Assembly: GCA_963667465.2 (NCBI GenBank)
Contig: CAXXDN010000001.1
Coordinates: forward strand, 192,001 to 256,000
DNA length: 64,000 bases
Reading direction: 5' to 3'
Source of the DNA: Dehalococcoidia bacterium
GTDB taxonomy: Bacteria > Chloroflexota > Dehalococcoidia > UBA2979
Positions 8,818 through 19,270 of the stretch are shown here, in pieces. Every line of letters starts with the position of its first letter. Within the stretch, counting starts at the first letter, position 1. The notes beneath the pieces were generated by a model. The model was not told the origin of the DNA and did not search any database. It was given only the letters and a program-made list of their open reading frames with translations. A program made the position numbers and the translations under genes.

Positions 8818-9289
8818 GCAGGCGCCGACGGCTCGGCGGCCCGGCGCGCGAGCGCCTTGTCCGCCGCCGCGATCTCCGCGAGCGAGGTGTAGTACCAGTC
8901 CTCCCAGCCATCCTCCGGCATGCCGGTGAAGAGCATCAGCTTGAGCGGGTAGTGCTCGCTCTCGGTGGCGCGGCGCAGGTCGTCGCGAAAGGGGAAGGTG
9001 GGCTTGCCGAGGGCGACCGCCATGCCCAGCTCCACCATCACGCCCTCGCCGGGCGGGACGCCGTTGACCACGCCGAAGCTGGCGTGGACGTCGACTACGT
9101 CACGGAGATCGGCCTGTCCGATCCGGTAGGCCCAGCCCCGCTCCGTGAAGTCCTGCTGGTTGTTGCGGGCGAACGGCGCCCAGACATCCAGCCCGAGCGC
9201 CTCGAGAACGGCGACAAGCGGCGGCAGCAGCGTCGCCTTCTGCTGCGTGGAGAAGCCATACGGGTTCGCGAGGTAGACCGTCTCGTCAC
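8760..9289 (-). pseudogene. nucleoside 2-deoxyribosyltransferase-like gene, frameshifted just after the start codon
   Basis: Open frame TVYLANPYGF..WAPFARNNQ..VNGVPPGEGVMVELGMAVALGKP has no in-frame start; GTG at 9289 is one base out of frame; the 3' end overlaps the convergent gene by 58 nt. Confidence 0.65.
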
Positions 9290-9291
9290 GG

Positions 9292-10059
9292 TTACATCAC
9301 CGCGTAGCCGCCGTCCACGGCAATCACCGCGCCGGTGACGTAGTCCGAAGCGGAACTCGCGAGGAACACCACCGCCCCGTGCAGCTCGTCCGGCTCACCC
9401 CAGCGGCCCGCCGGGATGCGGCGGTTGATCAGCTCGTAGCGCTCCGGCTGGTTGTCGGCAATCGGGGCGGTCAACTCGGTCATGAACCAACCGGGGAGGA
9501 TCGCGTTGGACTGGATGTTGTCCCCTGCCCAGGCCACGGCCAGGCTCTTCGATAGTTGAACGATCCCTCCCTTGCTGGAGGAATACGGCGCGCCGCTCCC
9601 ACCACCTCCAAAGATCGAGAACATCGAACCGATGTGGATCAGCTTTCCGCCGCCCTGGGCCTTCATCGACGGGTAGACCGCCCGGGAGGCCAGGAAGGCT
9701 GCCCGCAGGTTGACGTCCAGCACGTGGTCCCACTCATCCGCCGACAGGTCCTCGGGCTCCTTGCGCACGGTGATGCCCGCGTTGTTCACGAGGATGTCGA
9801 GGCGCCCAAACGCATCGAGGGTCTGGGTCACCATGCCGTCGATGTCCGCTTCATCCGTGACGTCGACTGCGATCCCCAGCGCCTGTGCGCCTGCTGCTTC
9901 GATTTGAGCGAGCGCCGCGGCCGTCTTGTCCGGGTTCCGGGCCGCCACGACGATGTTGGCCCCGGCCGTGGCCAGTCCGGTGGCCATCGCGAGCCCGAGC
10001 CCGCCGTTGCCGCCCGTGACGATCGCGACCTTGCCCTCGAGGTCGAACAACTGCGTCAT
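9292..10059 (-). CDS. short-chain dehydrogenase/reductase (KduD/IdnO-like)
   Basis: TGGNGGLG, NNAG, YSSSK, VDGGY. Confidence 0.92.
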   Translation of the reverse strand: MTQLFDLEGKVAIVTGGNGGLGLAMATGLATAGANIVVAARNPDKTAAALAQIEAAGAQALGIAVDVTDEADIDGMVTQTLDAFGRLDILVNNAGITVRKEPEDLSADEWDHVLDVNLRAAFLASRAVYPSMKAQGGGKLIHIGSMFSIFGGGGSGAPYSSSKGGIVQLSKSLAVAWAGDNIQSNAILPGWFMTELTAPIADNQPERYELINRRIPAGRWGEPDELHGAVVFLASSASDYVTGAVIAVDGGYAVM

Positions 10060-10118
10060 GTGGATTGCCTGTCCCTCCGGGAACCCCTTGCACAACTTGC
10101 CGGCAGGTGCCCGCTCTC

Positions 10119-10189
10119 GGCGTTCCCGTGAACCGGGAATCTACCCTCTTTCAGCGGCGCTCTGGATTCCGGCTTCCGCCGGAATGACG
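10119..10189. repeat. REP-like paired palindromes
   Basis: TTCCCGTGAACCGGGAATC facing TGGATTCCGGCTTCCGCCGGAATGAC, resembling the GTCATTCCCGCG..GCGGGAATCCA repeat class. Confidence 0.6.
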
Positions 10190-10311
10190 GGACGGGTGGC
10201 GGGATTGCGGGACGGGAAAGGGCGCTCCCTCAAGGCAACGCTGGCCGGGCTGAATTGTTGGAGCGTCGCTGCAGGAACCGTGCGCGCCGTCGTTCCGGGC
10301 GGCGAAGCGGC

Positions 10312-10797
10312 TCAGTCCGCCTCCCAGGGCGGTCGGGTCGGCTTCGGGAGGCGCTCCTCGATCTCGCCGCCGGCCGCGTCGAGCTCCTCGTCCCGCAGCG
10401 TGTCCTGCAGCACTTCGAAGAAGGTGCGCTCCTCCCAGCGGATGTGGGAGCGGAGCGATTCGCCGAAGAGCATGAGCGCCTCGCGGCGCGCCCCCGGGTT
10501 GCCCTCGTTGTCGCGCATCCAGGCGATGAGCGCCTCCATGCCGACATGATCGCGCAGCAGGCGCCGCCCGCGCCGGTCATCGGGTCCGGTGTGCCGCATC
10601 AGCCGCGCGAGCAGGCACTCCGACTCGCTGTGGAAATGCGGCAGCAGCCCGCGCGTCCAGAAGCGCAACAGATCGGCGTACAGCTCGTCCATGGCGGCAT
10701 CGTCCGCCTCGGGCAGCTCACGTTCGATGCGCAGCGCGAAGGCAAGCCCGTGGTGGTGCTCCTCCGATAGCCGTCGCAGCCGCGGGTCACGCTCCAT
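10312..10797 (-). CDS. hemerythrin/HHE-domain protein
   Basis: LSEEHHHGL, HFHSE, LLRDH, HIRWEER. Confidence 0.8.
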   Translation of the reverse strand: MERDPRLRRLSEEHHHGLAFALRIERELPEADDAAMDELYADLLRFWTRGLLPHFHSESECLLARLMRHTGPDDRRGRRLLRDHVGMEALIAWMRDNEGNPGARREALMLFGESLRSHIRWEERTFFEVLQDTLRDEELDAAGGEIEERLPKPTRPPWEAD

Positions 10798-10805
10798 CGG
10801 GCTCC

Positions 10806-12041
10806 TTACTCTCGATCGAGGTCGAAGGCGGCGTGCAGTGCGCGCACGGCGTCCCCCACCTGCTCCGCCCGCACGATACACGTGATCCGGATTTCCGAGG
10901 TCGAGATGAGTTCGATGTTGATGCCGTGCTCGAACAGCGTGCGGAACATCCGCGCCGCGAAGCCGGGGCTCGTGCTCATCCCCGTCCCGACGATCGAAAC
11001 GGAACCGAGATCGGGGTCGGCCACCACCTCGCTGGCCTCGAGTTGCGGGAGGATCGATTCGACCACGCGCAGCGCGGGATCGGCCTCCCCGCGGTCCACG
11101 GTGAAGGTCATGTCCGTGAGGTTCTCGACGCTTGCGTTCTGCACGATCGTGTCGACCGAGACGCCGGCGTCGGCGAGCGGGGTGAACAGCTGCGCGGCGA
11201 TGCCGGGGCGGTCCGGCACCCCGCGCACCGTGATCTTCGCGATCGCTTGCTCGTGCGCGATGCCGCGCACCTTGTTCGCCTGCTCCATCGTGCTCTCCTC
11301 GTGGATCAGCGTACCGGGCGAATCGACCTCGAAGCTGCTGGCGACGAGGATCCGCACCCCGTAGAGCGCGCCCACCTCGACGGCCCGCGCGTGCATCACC
11401 CGCGCGCCGGTAGCCGCCAGCTCCAGCATCTCCTCGTAGCCGATGTCGCGCAGCGGGCGCGCCTCCGCACAGATGCGCGGGTCGGCGCTGTAGACGCCGG
11501 CGACGTCCGTGTAGATTTCGCAGCGATCGGCGCGCAGCGCGGCGGCCAGCGCGACCGCCGTCGTGTCGCTGCCGCCGCGCCCCAGCGTCGTGATATCGAA
11601 GTCGTCCGAGGCGCCCTGGAAGCCGGCGACGATCACGATCCGGCCCCCCGCCAGCTCGCGCTCGATGCGCCCCGTCTCGATGTCCGCGATGCGGGCGCGC
11701 CCGAAGACCGCGTCCGTGCGGATCCCGGCCTGCAGCCCGCTGAGGCTGATCGCGTCGCTCCCCAGCTCGTGCAGCGCCATCGAGAGCAGCGTCGAGGACA
11801 CCGCCTCGCCGGTGGAGAACAGCATGTCCAGCTCGCGCGGGCGCGGGTTGCTCGTGACCTCGTTCGCCAGCTCGATCAGCCGGTCCGTCGTGTCGCCCAT
11901 CGCGGAGACGACGGCGACGACGCGGTCGCCGCCCGCGGCGCGGGCGGCGATGCGGCCGGCGACGTGCGTGATGCGCTCCGCGTCCGCGACGGAGCTGCCG
12001 CCGTACTTCTGGACCACGAGGGCACCGCTCGGCTCGCTCAA
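10806..12041 (-). CDS. lysC: aspartate kinase
   Basis: VQKYGGSSV, VVSAMGDTTD, TLGRGGSDTTA, two ACT domains, STSEI. Confidence 0.96.
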   Translation of the reverse strand: MSEPSGALVVQKYGGSSVADAERITHVAGRIAARAAGGDRVVAVVSAMGDTTDRLIELANEVTSNPRPRELDMLFSTGEAVSSTLLSMALHELGSDAISLSGLQAGIRTDAVFGRARIADIETGRIERELAGGRIVIVAGFQGASDDFDITTLGRGGSDTTAVALAAALRADRCEIYTDVAGVYSADPRICAEARPLRDIGYEEMLELAATGARVMHARAVEVGALYGVRILVASSFEVDSPGTLIHEESTMEQANKVRGIAHEQAIAKITVRGVPDRPGIAAQLFTPLADAGVSVDTIVQNASVENLTDMTFTVDRGEADPALRVVESILPQLEASEVVADPDLGSVSIVGTGMSTSPGFAARMFRTLFEHGINIELISTSEIRITCIVRAEQVGDAVRALHAAFDLDRE

Positions 12042-12053
12042 CTGGTTACTGCC

Positions 12054-12956
12054 CTACTGCCCGCCCGCTGAGAGCACCTCGGCGCCCTTCGTCCGCAGCG
12101 CGCAGATGCGCGTCGAGGCCTCCACGCCGCGAGCGGCCGCCGCGGCGCGCATCGCGCCCGCGATCTCCGCGAAGCGCTCGGTCGCGAGCGCCGCGATCGT
12201 GGGGCCGCCGCCGGAGAGGTAGACGCCGTGCGCGCCCGCGTCCCGCGCAGCCTGGAAGATCTGGTACATCGGCTCGAAGATCGTCGCGCGCGCCGGCTGG
12301 TGCAGCACGTCCTCGGTGGCGATCTGCAGCAGGTCGTAACGGCGCGCCTGTAACGCCGCGAGCAGCAGCGCGGCCCGCCCGATGTTGTGCACGGCCTGGT
12401 TGCGCGTGAGCCGCTCCGGCAGGCGCCGTCGCGTTTCCTCGGTGGGCATCGAGAACGCCGGGATCAGCAGCACGAGCTGCAGCTCTTCGGGCAAGTCGAC
12501 GCCGATCTGCGTGACGCCCTTGCCCTCGTCCGTCTCGACGATCACGCGCAGCCCGCCGAACATCGCCGGCACGGCGTTGTCGGCGTGCCGCTCGAGCTGC
12601 ACGGCCAGCGGCAGCAGCATCTCCCGGTCGAGCCCGCTCCCGGTCAGCGCGTCGGCGGCCAGCAGCCCGGCGACGCGGGTCGCGGCGGAGATGCCGAGCC
12701 CGCGCCCCACCGGCAGGTCGGACTCGTACGTCACCTCGATGCCCGCGGGCATCGGAAGCGCGGCGCGCTCATAGAGCAGCAGCGCGGCGCGAGCCGCCAG
12801 CGCGGGGATCGGGTCGGCGTAGGGCGCAACGGGTTCGTCGCTGAGCCGGAACTGCAGCCGCAGCGTCCAGTCGAGCGCGACGCCCAGGCTGTCGAAGCCC
12901 GGCCCGAGGTTCGCCGAGGTCGCGGGAACCTCGACGGTGACTTCGCTGGCGACCAT
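12054..12956 (-). CDS. thrB: homoserine kinase
   Basis: VPATSANLGPGFDSLG, PVGRGLGIS, HADNA, LSGGGPT. Confidence 0.95.
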   Translation of the reverse strand: MVASEVTVEVPATSANLGPGFDSLGVALDWTLRLQFRLSDEPVAPYADPIPALAARAALLLYERAALPMPAGIEVTYESDLPVGRGLGISAATRVAGLLAADALTGSGLDREMLLPLAVQLERHADNAVPAMFGGLRVIVETDEGKGVTQIGVDLPEELQLVLLIPAFSMPTEETRRRLPERLTRNQAVHNIGRAALLLAALQARRYDLLQIATEDVLHQPARATIFEPMYQIFQAARDAGAHGVYLSGGGPTIAALATERFAEIAGAMRAAAAARGVEASTRICALRTKGAEVLSAGGQ

Positions 12957-12969
12957 CGCCGCCGCGGGC

Positions 12970-14145
12970 CTAGTTCAGCCGCTCGAAGATCGAGGCGATG
13001 CCCTGGCCGCCGCCGATGCAGAGCGTGACAAGGCCGTAGCGGCCACCGCTGCGCTCCAGTTCGTGCATCGCCTTGACAGTCAGGATCGTGCCGCTCGCGC
13101 CCACGGGGTGCCCGAGGGCGATCGCGCCGCCGTTCGGGTTCGTGCGCTCGTCCGGCAGCCCGAGCGAGGTGCTGCAGGCAGCCGCGACGGCGGCGAACGC
13201 CTCGTTCAACTCGATCGTGTCGAGGTCGTCGACGCTGAGGCCGGCCCGCTCGAGCGCGCGCTCGGAGGCCGGAATCGGGCCGGAGCCCATGATCCGGCCC
13301 TCGACGCCCGCCTCGGCGCGCGAAACCAGGCGCAGCCGCGGCGTCAGGCCCAGCTCGGCGGCCTTGCTCGCGGTGGTGACCACCACGGCCGCCGCGCCGT
13401 CGTTGATGCCCGAGGCGTTGCCGGCCGTCACGGCGCCGTCCGCCTTGAAGGCCGGGCGCAGCCTGCCGAGCGACTCCAGGTCTGTGCTGCGCGGGTGCTC
13501 ATCCGTGTCGAAGGTGACGGTGTTGCGGCCCTGGCGCACCTCCAGCGGGAGGATCTGGTCCTTGAAGCGGCCCGCCTCGATGGCGGCGAGCGCGCGTTCC
13601 TGCGACTTCAGCGCGTACTCGTCCTGGACCGTGCGGGAGACCTCGAACTGCTCGGCGAGGTTCTCCGCGGTGATGCCCATGTGGCACTGCTCGTGCGGGT
13701 CCGAGATGAGGTGCAGCAGGTTGTCCTCGACGGTGTCGTGGCCGAGGCGGTAGCCGGTGCGGCCCTTGCGCAGCAGGTAGGGCGCCATGCTCATGTTCTC
13801 CGCCCCGCCGGCGACGATGATCTCGGCGTCGCCAGTCTGCAGCCAGCGGGCGGCGGTGTTGATCGCCTCCAGCCCGGAGCCGCAGATGCGATTGACGGTG
13901 TAGGCCGGCGTGTCGACCGGCAGCCCCGCCTTGAGCGTGGCGACGCGAGAGATGTAGCCGTCCTCGGCGACCTGCCCGACACAGCCGAGGATCACCTGGT
14001 CGACCTGCTCGCCCTCAATGCCGGAGCGGGCTACTGCCTCCTTGATGACAGCCGCGGCGAGGTCCGAGGCGGGCGTCTGGCTCAGCGTTCCGTTCATCGT
14101 GCCGATGGCGGTGCGGACACCGCTGATGATGACGACGTCATCCAT
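12970..14145 (-). CDS. acetyl-CoA C-acyltransferase (thiolase)
   Basis: NRICGSG, ELNEAFA, GAIALGHPVGASG, LCIGGGQG. Confidence 0.95.
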   Translation of the reverse strand: MDDVVIISGVRTAIGTMNGTLSQTPASDLAAAVIKEAVARSGIEGEQVDQVILGCVGQVAEDGYISRVATLKAGLPVDTPAYTVNRICGSGLEAINTAARWLQTGDAEIIVAGGAENMSMAPYLLRKGRTGYRLGHDTVEDNLLHLISDPHEQCHMGITAENLAEQFEVSRTVQDEYALKSQERALAAIEAGRFKDQILPLEVRQGRNTVTFDTDEHPRSTDLESLGRLRPAFKADGAVTAGNASGINDGAAAVVVTTASKAAELGLTPRLRLVSRAEAGVEGRIMGSGPIPASERALERAGLSVDDLDTIELNEAFAAVAAACSTSLGLPDERTNPNGGAIALGHPVGASGTILTVKAMHELERSGGRYGLVTLCIGGGQGIASIFERLN

Positions 14146-14277
14146 GCCGAGGCCCCCTCTGGGCGCGCCACTGCGATTCCGGCGCAGTCTACATGAGCGA
14201 TCCGCAGCGGTCGCCCCTCCCGGATACACAAGCCGTGCACAAATCGTCGGGGATTCCGGGATATTCCGCGTGGCGGC

Positions 14278-14910
14278 TCACGCCTCGAAGAGGCGTTCCA
14301 CGCTCTCCCACGCCTCCTCGGCGAGCGTCTCAGGCGATCGGGTTGCATCGAGCACGAGCCAGCGCCCGGAGTCGGCCTCCGCCTCGGCCAGGTAGCCGGC
14401 TCGGACGCGGCGGTGGAAGTCGAGCGGCTCGCGCTCCAGGTAGTCGGTCACGAGCCCGCCGCGGCGCAGTCCTTGGTACGGAGGCAGGTCCAGCAAGACC
14501 GTCAGATCGGGCATCAGTCCGCCCGCCGCCACGGCGTTCGCGGCGTCCACCGCCTCGCGCTCGATGCCGCGGCCGTAGTGCTGGTACGCGACCATCGAGT
14601 CGCCGTAGCGGTCGCAGAGGACGAGCGCGCCACGCTCGAGCGCCGGGCGGATCACCTCCGCGACGAGCTGTGCGCGCGCCGCCGCGAAGACCAGCAGCTC
14701 CGCCCTCGCGTCCGGCGGCTCGGTGGAGGGGGCGCCCAGCAGCGCCTCGCGCAGCCGTTCGCCGAGTGGGGTGCCGCCGGGCTCGCGGCAGGTCACGACC
14801 TCGCCGCCTGCTTCGCGCGCTCGCGCTTCGAGGGTGGCCACCAGTGTCGACTTGCCCGCGCCCTCGCCGCCCTCGAACGTGACGAAGCGGCCGCGCCTCG
14901 GCTCGCTCAC
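14278..14910 (-). CDS. tmk: dTMP kinase
   Basis: FVTFEGGEGAGKST, REPGGT, CDRY..S..AYQ; GTG overlaps the upstream TGA. Confidence 0.95.
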   Translation of the reverse strand: MSEPRRGRFVTFEGGEGAGKSTLVATLEARAREAGGEVVTCREPGGTPLGERLREALLGAPSTEPPDARAELLVFAAARAQLVAEVIRPALERGALVLCDRYGDSMVAYQHYGRGIEREAVDAANAVAAGGLMPDLTVLLDLPPYQGLRRGGLVTDYLEREPLDFHRRVRAGYLAEAEADSGRWLVLDATRSPETLAEEAWESVERLFEA

Positions 14911-16535
14911 CCGCGCTCCTCCAGCGGATCGGCGCCGCGCGGCCACGGCGGGGGCGCTCCGGCGCCCGGGCCGCGCCCGACGAGCACGCGCCGGTAGGGC
15001 TCGCGCCCGCGCGAGGACGAGGTCGCCCCGTGGCGCGCGGCCAGCTCGTGCTGCAGGCGGCGGATGTAGGAGTTCTGTGGCGTCAGCTCGATGCGCTGCT
15101 CGCCGCGATGGCTGACCGCGGCGATCGCGTCCTCCGCCTCACGCAGCGCCGCCGTCGTCGGGTCCGCGCCCTCGCCGTCGCCGCGCATCCGCAACAGCGC
15201 CCCGGCCATCTGCATCACCGTGTTGTTGCGCAGGACCAGGACCGGCACTCCACGCGCTTCCGCCTCGCGCAGCGGGCCGCTGCGCCGCCGGTAGTAGGGA
15301 CGCAGCGTGAGCACCGCGTCCGCGTCGGCGAGGCGATCGACCACCTCGGCCTGCGATCGCGTCGAGCTAATCGCCTCCTCCAGCCGCGCGCGGCTCACAC
15401 CGAAGGGCAGCAGCCGCCGCGGCGGGCCACCCGGGGCGGGGGTCAGCATCCGCGGCTCCGCGCGCGCCTCGTCGCGCTCGCCCGCCAGCGATTCGTGCGC
15501 ACTCGGCGCAACGCTGACCCGCTCCACCTGCGCCACCTCGCCGACAGTGCCGAGCGTGCGCACCTCGGCGTCCGCGTCGAAGCCGCGCAGCAGCTTGTCC
15601 ACCGTCGCGCCGATGTCCTCGTGTACCGCCACTCGCACGAACGACTGGATCTCGACCAGCGAGTTGAAGGTCGGCGGCGCGCGCCGCTCCAGCACCGTCT
15701 TCTGCGTGCCGCGCCGGCGCGCCTCCTCGTCGCCGAGGGTGACCGACTCGATGCCGCCGATCAGGTCGGACAGGGTCGGGTTCTGCATCAGGTTGTGCAG
15801 CGTGTTGCCGTGCGCCGTGCCGATCAGCTGCACCCCGCGCTCGGCGATGGTGCGCGCCGCCGTCGCCTCGAGGCTTGCGCCGATCTCATCGATCACGATC
15901 ACCTCGGGCATGTGGTTTTCGACCGCCTCGATCATCACCTGATGCTGGAGCTCCGGCTTCGGCACCTGCATCCGCCGCGCGTTGCCGATCCCGTGGTGCG
16001 GGATGTCGCCGTCGCCCCCGATCTCGTTCGAGGTGTCGACGATCACGACGCGGCGTCCGAGCTCGTCGGCCAGCACGCGCGCCGCCTCGCGCAGCATCGT
16101 CGTCTTGCCGACGCCCGGCGCGCCGAGCAGCAGCACGCTGCGGCCGGACTCGACGAGGTCCAGGATCGCGCCTGCCGATCCGGTCACCGCACGACCGACC
16201 CGGCAGGTCAGCCCGACGATGCGGCCGCGGCGGTTGCGGATCGCCGAGATGCGATGCAGCGTCCTCGGGATCCCCGCGCGGTTGTCGTCGCCGAACTCGG
16301 AGACCGAGGCGACGACGTGGTCAATGTCCTGCTCGGTGACTTCGCCCTCGTCCAGCGCCAGCTCGCGGTCGCTGTAGCGCGCGGTCGGCGGCCGCCCGAG
16401 GTCGAGCACCACCTCGAGCAGCCCGTCGCCGTTCGGGGCGCCGTCGTCATGGGCGGTCAGCGCCGTGGCGACGCGCGGGGGCAGCGCCGCGATCAGCAGC
16501 TCGCGCTCGATGCGATCGTCGAAGCCGTCGGCCAC
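14907..16535 (-). CDS. Ycf45/SpoIIIAA-like AAA ATPase with C-terminal R3H domain
   Basis: GAPGVGKTT, DTSNEIGGDGDIPH, VIDEIG, PQNSYIRRLQH. Confidence 0.9.
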   Translation of the reverse strand: MADGFDDRIERELLIAALPPRVATALTAHDDGAPNGDGLLEVVLDLGRPPTARYSDRELALDEGEVTEQDIDHVVASVSEFGDDNRAGIPRTLHRISAIRNRRGRIVGLTCRVGRAVTGSAGAILDLVESGRSVLLLGAPGVGKTTMLREAARVLADELGRRVVIVDTSNEIGGDGDIPHHGIGNARRMQVPKPELQHQVMIEAVENHMPEVIVIDEIGASLEATAARTIAERGVQLIGTAHGNTLHNLMQNPTLSDLIGGIESVTLGDEEARRRGTQKTVLERRAPPTFNSLVEIQSFVRVAVHEDIGATVDKLLRGFDADAEVRTLGTVGEVAQVERVSVAPSAHESLAGERDEARAEPRMLTPAPGGPPRRLLPFGVSRARLEEAISSTRSQAEVVDRLADADAVLTLRPYYRRRSGPLREAEARGVPVLVLRNNTVMQMAGALLRMRGDGEGADPTTAALREAEDAIAAVSHRGEQRIELTPQNSYIRRLQHELAARHGATSSSRGREPYRRVLVGRGPGAGAPPPWPRGADPLEERG

Positions 16536-16538
16536 TCG

Positions 16539-17474
16539 TTACCCTCCGGCCGGCGCGGCCACGCCCACGGTGGCGGGCACGGCCTCCTCCACGGGCTGCG
16601 TGAGCCGGCGGCTCAGCAGCACGCACTCCTCCTGCAACTCGAAGCCCGCCCGCGCGAGGGCGCCCTCGACGGCAGTCGAACCCGCGGGCGTGAGCGCGAA
16701 CAGCGGCTCGCCCGCGGCGAGCCGCGGGCGGGCGCCGGCGAGCAGCGCGGCCGCGGCCTCGCTGCTCGCGGCCTGCAGCTCAAGCTGCTCACCGCCCTGG
16801 CAGCGACCGAGGCTGACGCAGCCAACGATGCGGCTCTCCTCGACTGCCACGGTCTCGTGCGGACGGCGGCCCAGCCACTGCTCCTCACGCATCGCACGCC
16901 ACTGCTCGAAGGTCGGCGCGATCACGCGCCGCGCGGCGGGCGGCAGCAGGCGCCGGGAGAGCTGGAAGCGCCCGAACCAGTCACTCTCGACCGCCTCGCG
17001 CACTTCCAGCGAGGACTCCGGCGGCGAGGCCCGCAACCGCCCCGCCAGCGGGGCGCGCCAGAGCCGCTCGGCGAGCACCGGATCGAAGCCGTGCGAACGC
17101 ACCTCGGCGATCGCGTCACCGAAGGCAGCGGGCATGCGCAGCAGCAGCATGCGCACCGCGGAGCGCAGCGCCTCTTCTTCGGCCTGCGCCAGCAGCGCGC
17201 CGAGGACCGCGCCGTCCCCGTCGCCCGCGTCGATCAGCGTGTCGATCTGCCAGGCGTCCGGCCTGGCGAGCGGGCGCGCGGTGGCGATTCCGTGGATCTG
17301 CCTGCCGCGCACCTCGAGCCAGAGGTCGCGGCGGCGCAGCCAGTGCGTGAGCGCCGCGCCGAGGGCGTGCGGGGCCTGCTGCGGCTTGCCCAACCGCTCG
17401 CGCGTGATCGCCAGGTTCGGATAGACGGCTCCCTCGAAGGTGACGAGGGCAATCAGATCGCCGGGGCCGATCAC
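16539..17474 (-). CDS. hypothetical protein, possible tandem GNAT fold
   Basis: Translationally coupled to pdxT; ..LARAGF.. and ..SHGF.. GNAT-like domain ends; weak. Confidence 0.6.
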   Translation of the reverse strand: MIGPGDLIALVTFEGAVYPNLAITRERLGKPQQAPHALGAALTHWLRRRDLWLEVRGRQIHGIATARPLARPDAWQIDTLIDAGDGDGAVLGALLAQAEEEALRSAVRMLLLRMPAAFGDAIAEVRSHGFDPVLAERLWRAPLAGRLRASPPESSLEVREAVESDWFGRFQLSRRLLPPAARRVIAPTFEQWRAMREEQWLGRRPHETVAVEESRIVGCVSLGRCQGGEQLELQAASSEAAAALLAGARPRLAAGEPLFALTPAGSTAVEGALARAGFELQEECVLLSRRLTQPVEEAVPATVGVAAPAGG

Positions 17475-18121
17475 GCGCTCAGCTCCTCCGCCCGCACGTG
17501 GCGCTCAGGCGCCCCGTCGAGTCGCTCCTCCACCATCGCGGCGAACATGGCATGCAGCCGCAGGTCGTCCGTCAGCTCCGGGTGGAACGTCGTCGCCAGC
17601 AGCGCACCGTCGCGGCAGGCCGCGATCGAACCGTCCTCGAGGCGCACGAGCACCTCGACGGCAGGTCCGGTCTCGACGATCGCGGGGGCGCGGATGAAGA
17701 CGCCGCGGAAGGAGCCGCCCTCGAGGCCGGCGATCTCCAGGTCGGCCTCGAAAGAGTCGAGCTGCCGCCCGAAGGCGTTGCGCTGCACGGTGATGTCGAG
17801 CGCACCGAGGGTGGGGCGGTCCAGCCCCGGTGCGCGCGCGGCGAGCAGGATCGCGCCCGCGCAGGTGCCCCAGACCGGCAGGCCCGAAGCGATCCGCTGC
17901 GCGAGCGGCTCACGCAGTTCAAAGGCGAGCAGCAACCGCGCGATCGTCGTGCTCTCGCCACCGGGGATGATCAGCCCGTCGGCATCGTCCAGCTGCTCCA
18001 GCGTGCGCACCTCGAAGGCGGGCAGGTCGAGCGCCGCGAGGCTGGCGACGTGCTCGCGGAAGTCACCCTGCAGGGCAAGCACGCCGATCCGGGGACGCCT
18101 GGCGCTTGCTGGTGCGGCCAC
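17471..18121 (-). CDS. pdxT: PLP synthase glutaminase subunit
   Basis: GVLALQGDF, PGGESTT, GTCAG, FHPE. Confidence 0.97.
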   Translation of the reverse strand: MAAPASARRPRIGVLALQGDFREHVASLAALDLPAFEVRTLEQLDDADGLIIPGGESTTIARLLLAFELREPLAQRIASGLPVWGTCAGAILLAARAPGLDRPTLGALDITVQRNAFGRQLDSFEADLEIAGLEGGSFRGVFIRAPAIVETGPAVEVLVRLEDGSIAACRDGALLATTFHPELTDDLRLHAMFAAMVEERLDGAPERHVRAEELSA

Positions 18122-18130
18122 GGGCGCAGC

Positions 18131-19057
18131 CTAGTTGCCGCGAACCGCCAGCTGCTCCGCCGGCGGCAACGCGGACGCGGACTGCCCGCGCATCGGTTCG
18201 CCAATCTCGCGCGAGACCTCGGCGAGCACCGCGGGATCCTCGAAGTGGGTGACCGCCTTGACGATCGCCGCCGCCATCTGGGCGGGCTCCTCCGACTTGA
18301 AGATGCCGGACCCGACGAAGACGCCGTCCGCGCCGAGCTGCATCATCAGCGCTGCGTCGGCCGGCGTGGCGACGCCGCCCGCCGAGAAGTTGACGACGGG
18401 CAGGCGGCCGAGCCGCTTGACCTCCTGCACAAGTTCCAGCGGCGCGCCGAGCTCCTTGGCATGTGAAGCCAGCTCCTCGTCGCGCAGGCCCTCGATGCGG
18501 CGGATGCCGCCCCGGACGGCGCGCATGTGGCGCACCGCCTCCACGATGTCGCCGGTGCCGGCCTCGCCCTTGGTGCGAATCATCGCCGCGCCCTCGGCGA
18601 TTCGCCGCAGCGCCTCACCCAGGTCGCGGCAGCCGCAGACGAAGGGCACGCCGAAGGCGCGCTTGTCGATGTGGTGCGCCTCATCGGCGGGGGTCAGCAC
18701 CTCCGACTCGTCGATGTAGTCGACGCCGATTGCTTCGAGGATCTGCGCCTCGACGAAGTGGCCGATCCGCGCCTTGGCCATCACGGGGATCGTGACGGAC
18801 TGGCAGATCTCCTCGACGAGCGCGACGTGGCTCATGCGCGCGACGCCGCCGGCGGCGCGGATGTCGCTCGGTACGCGCTCCAGGGCCATCACAGCCGCAG
18901 CGCCCGCCTCCTCGGCGATGCGCGCGTGCTCGGGCGTGACCACGTCCATGATCACGCCGCCCTTGAGCATCTGCGCGAGCCCGGCCTTCACGCGCCAGGT
19001 AGCCGTCTCGCCTCGCTCGTTCGCGTCGTCGACGCGGTTTCCGTTGGTGGTCGCCAT
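18131..19057 (-). CDS. pdxS: PLP synthase lyase subunit
   Basis: [34 protein letters not shown]. Confidence 0.98.
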   Translation of the reverse strand: MATTNGNRVDDANERGETATWRVKAGLAQMLKGGVIMDVVTPEHARIAEEAGAAAVMALERVPSDIRAAGGVARMSHVALVEEICQSVTIPVMAKARIGHFVEAQILEAIGVDYIDESEVLTPADEAHHIDKRAFGVPFVCGCRDLGEALRRIAEGAAMIRTKGEAGTGDIVEAVRHMRAVRGGIRRIEGLRDEELASHAKELGAPLELVQEVKRLGRLPVVNFSAGGVATPADAALMMQLGADGVFVGSGIFKSEEPAQMAAAIVKAVTHFEDPAVLAEVSREIGEPMRGQSASALPPAEQLAVRGN

Positions 19058-19270
19058 GACGCTCCTGTACGCGTTCGCGGTCTTGCGCCCTCCATTGTAG
19101 CCGAGGGCCCCGTGCTATCGGGGGCCGATCCCGGTCAACCGGCGCGCCGGAATCCCGCCCGCGGCACGACCGTACCCCCTGCGAACACCCCGCCGAGCGC
19201 GCTCCGCGCCGCGCCCGCAGCGATTCGGACGTAGAATGGGCACAGACAGCGATCGACGCCTCGCGACACG

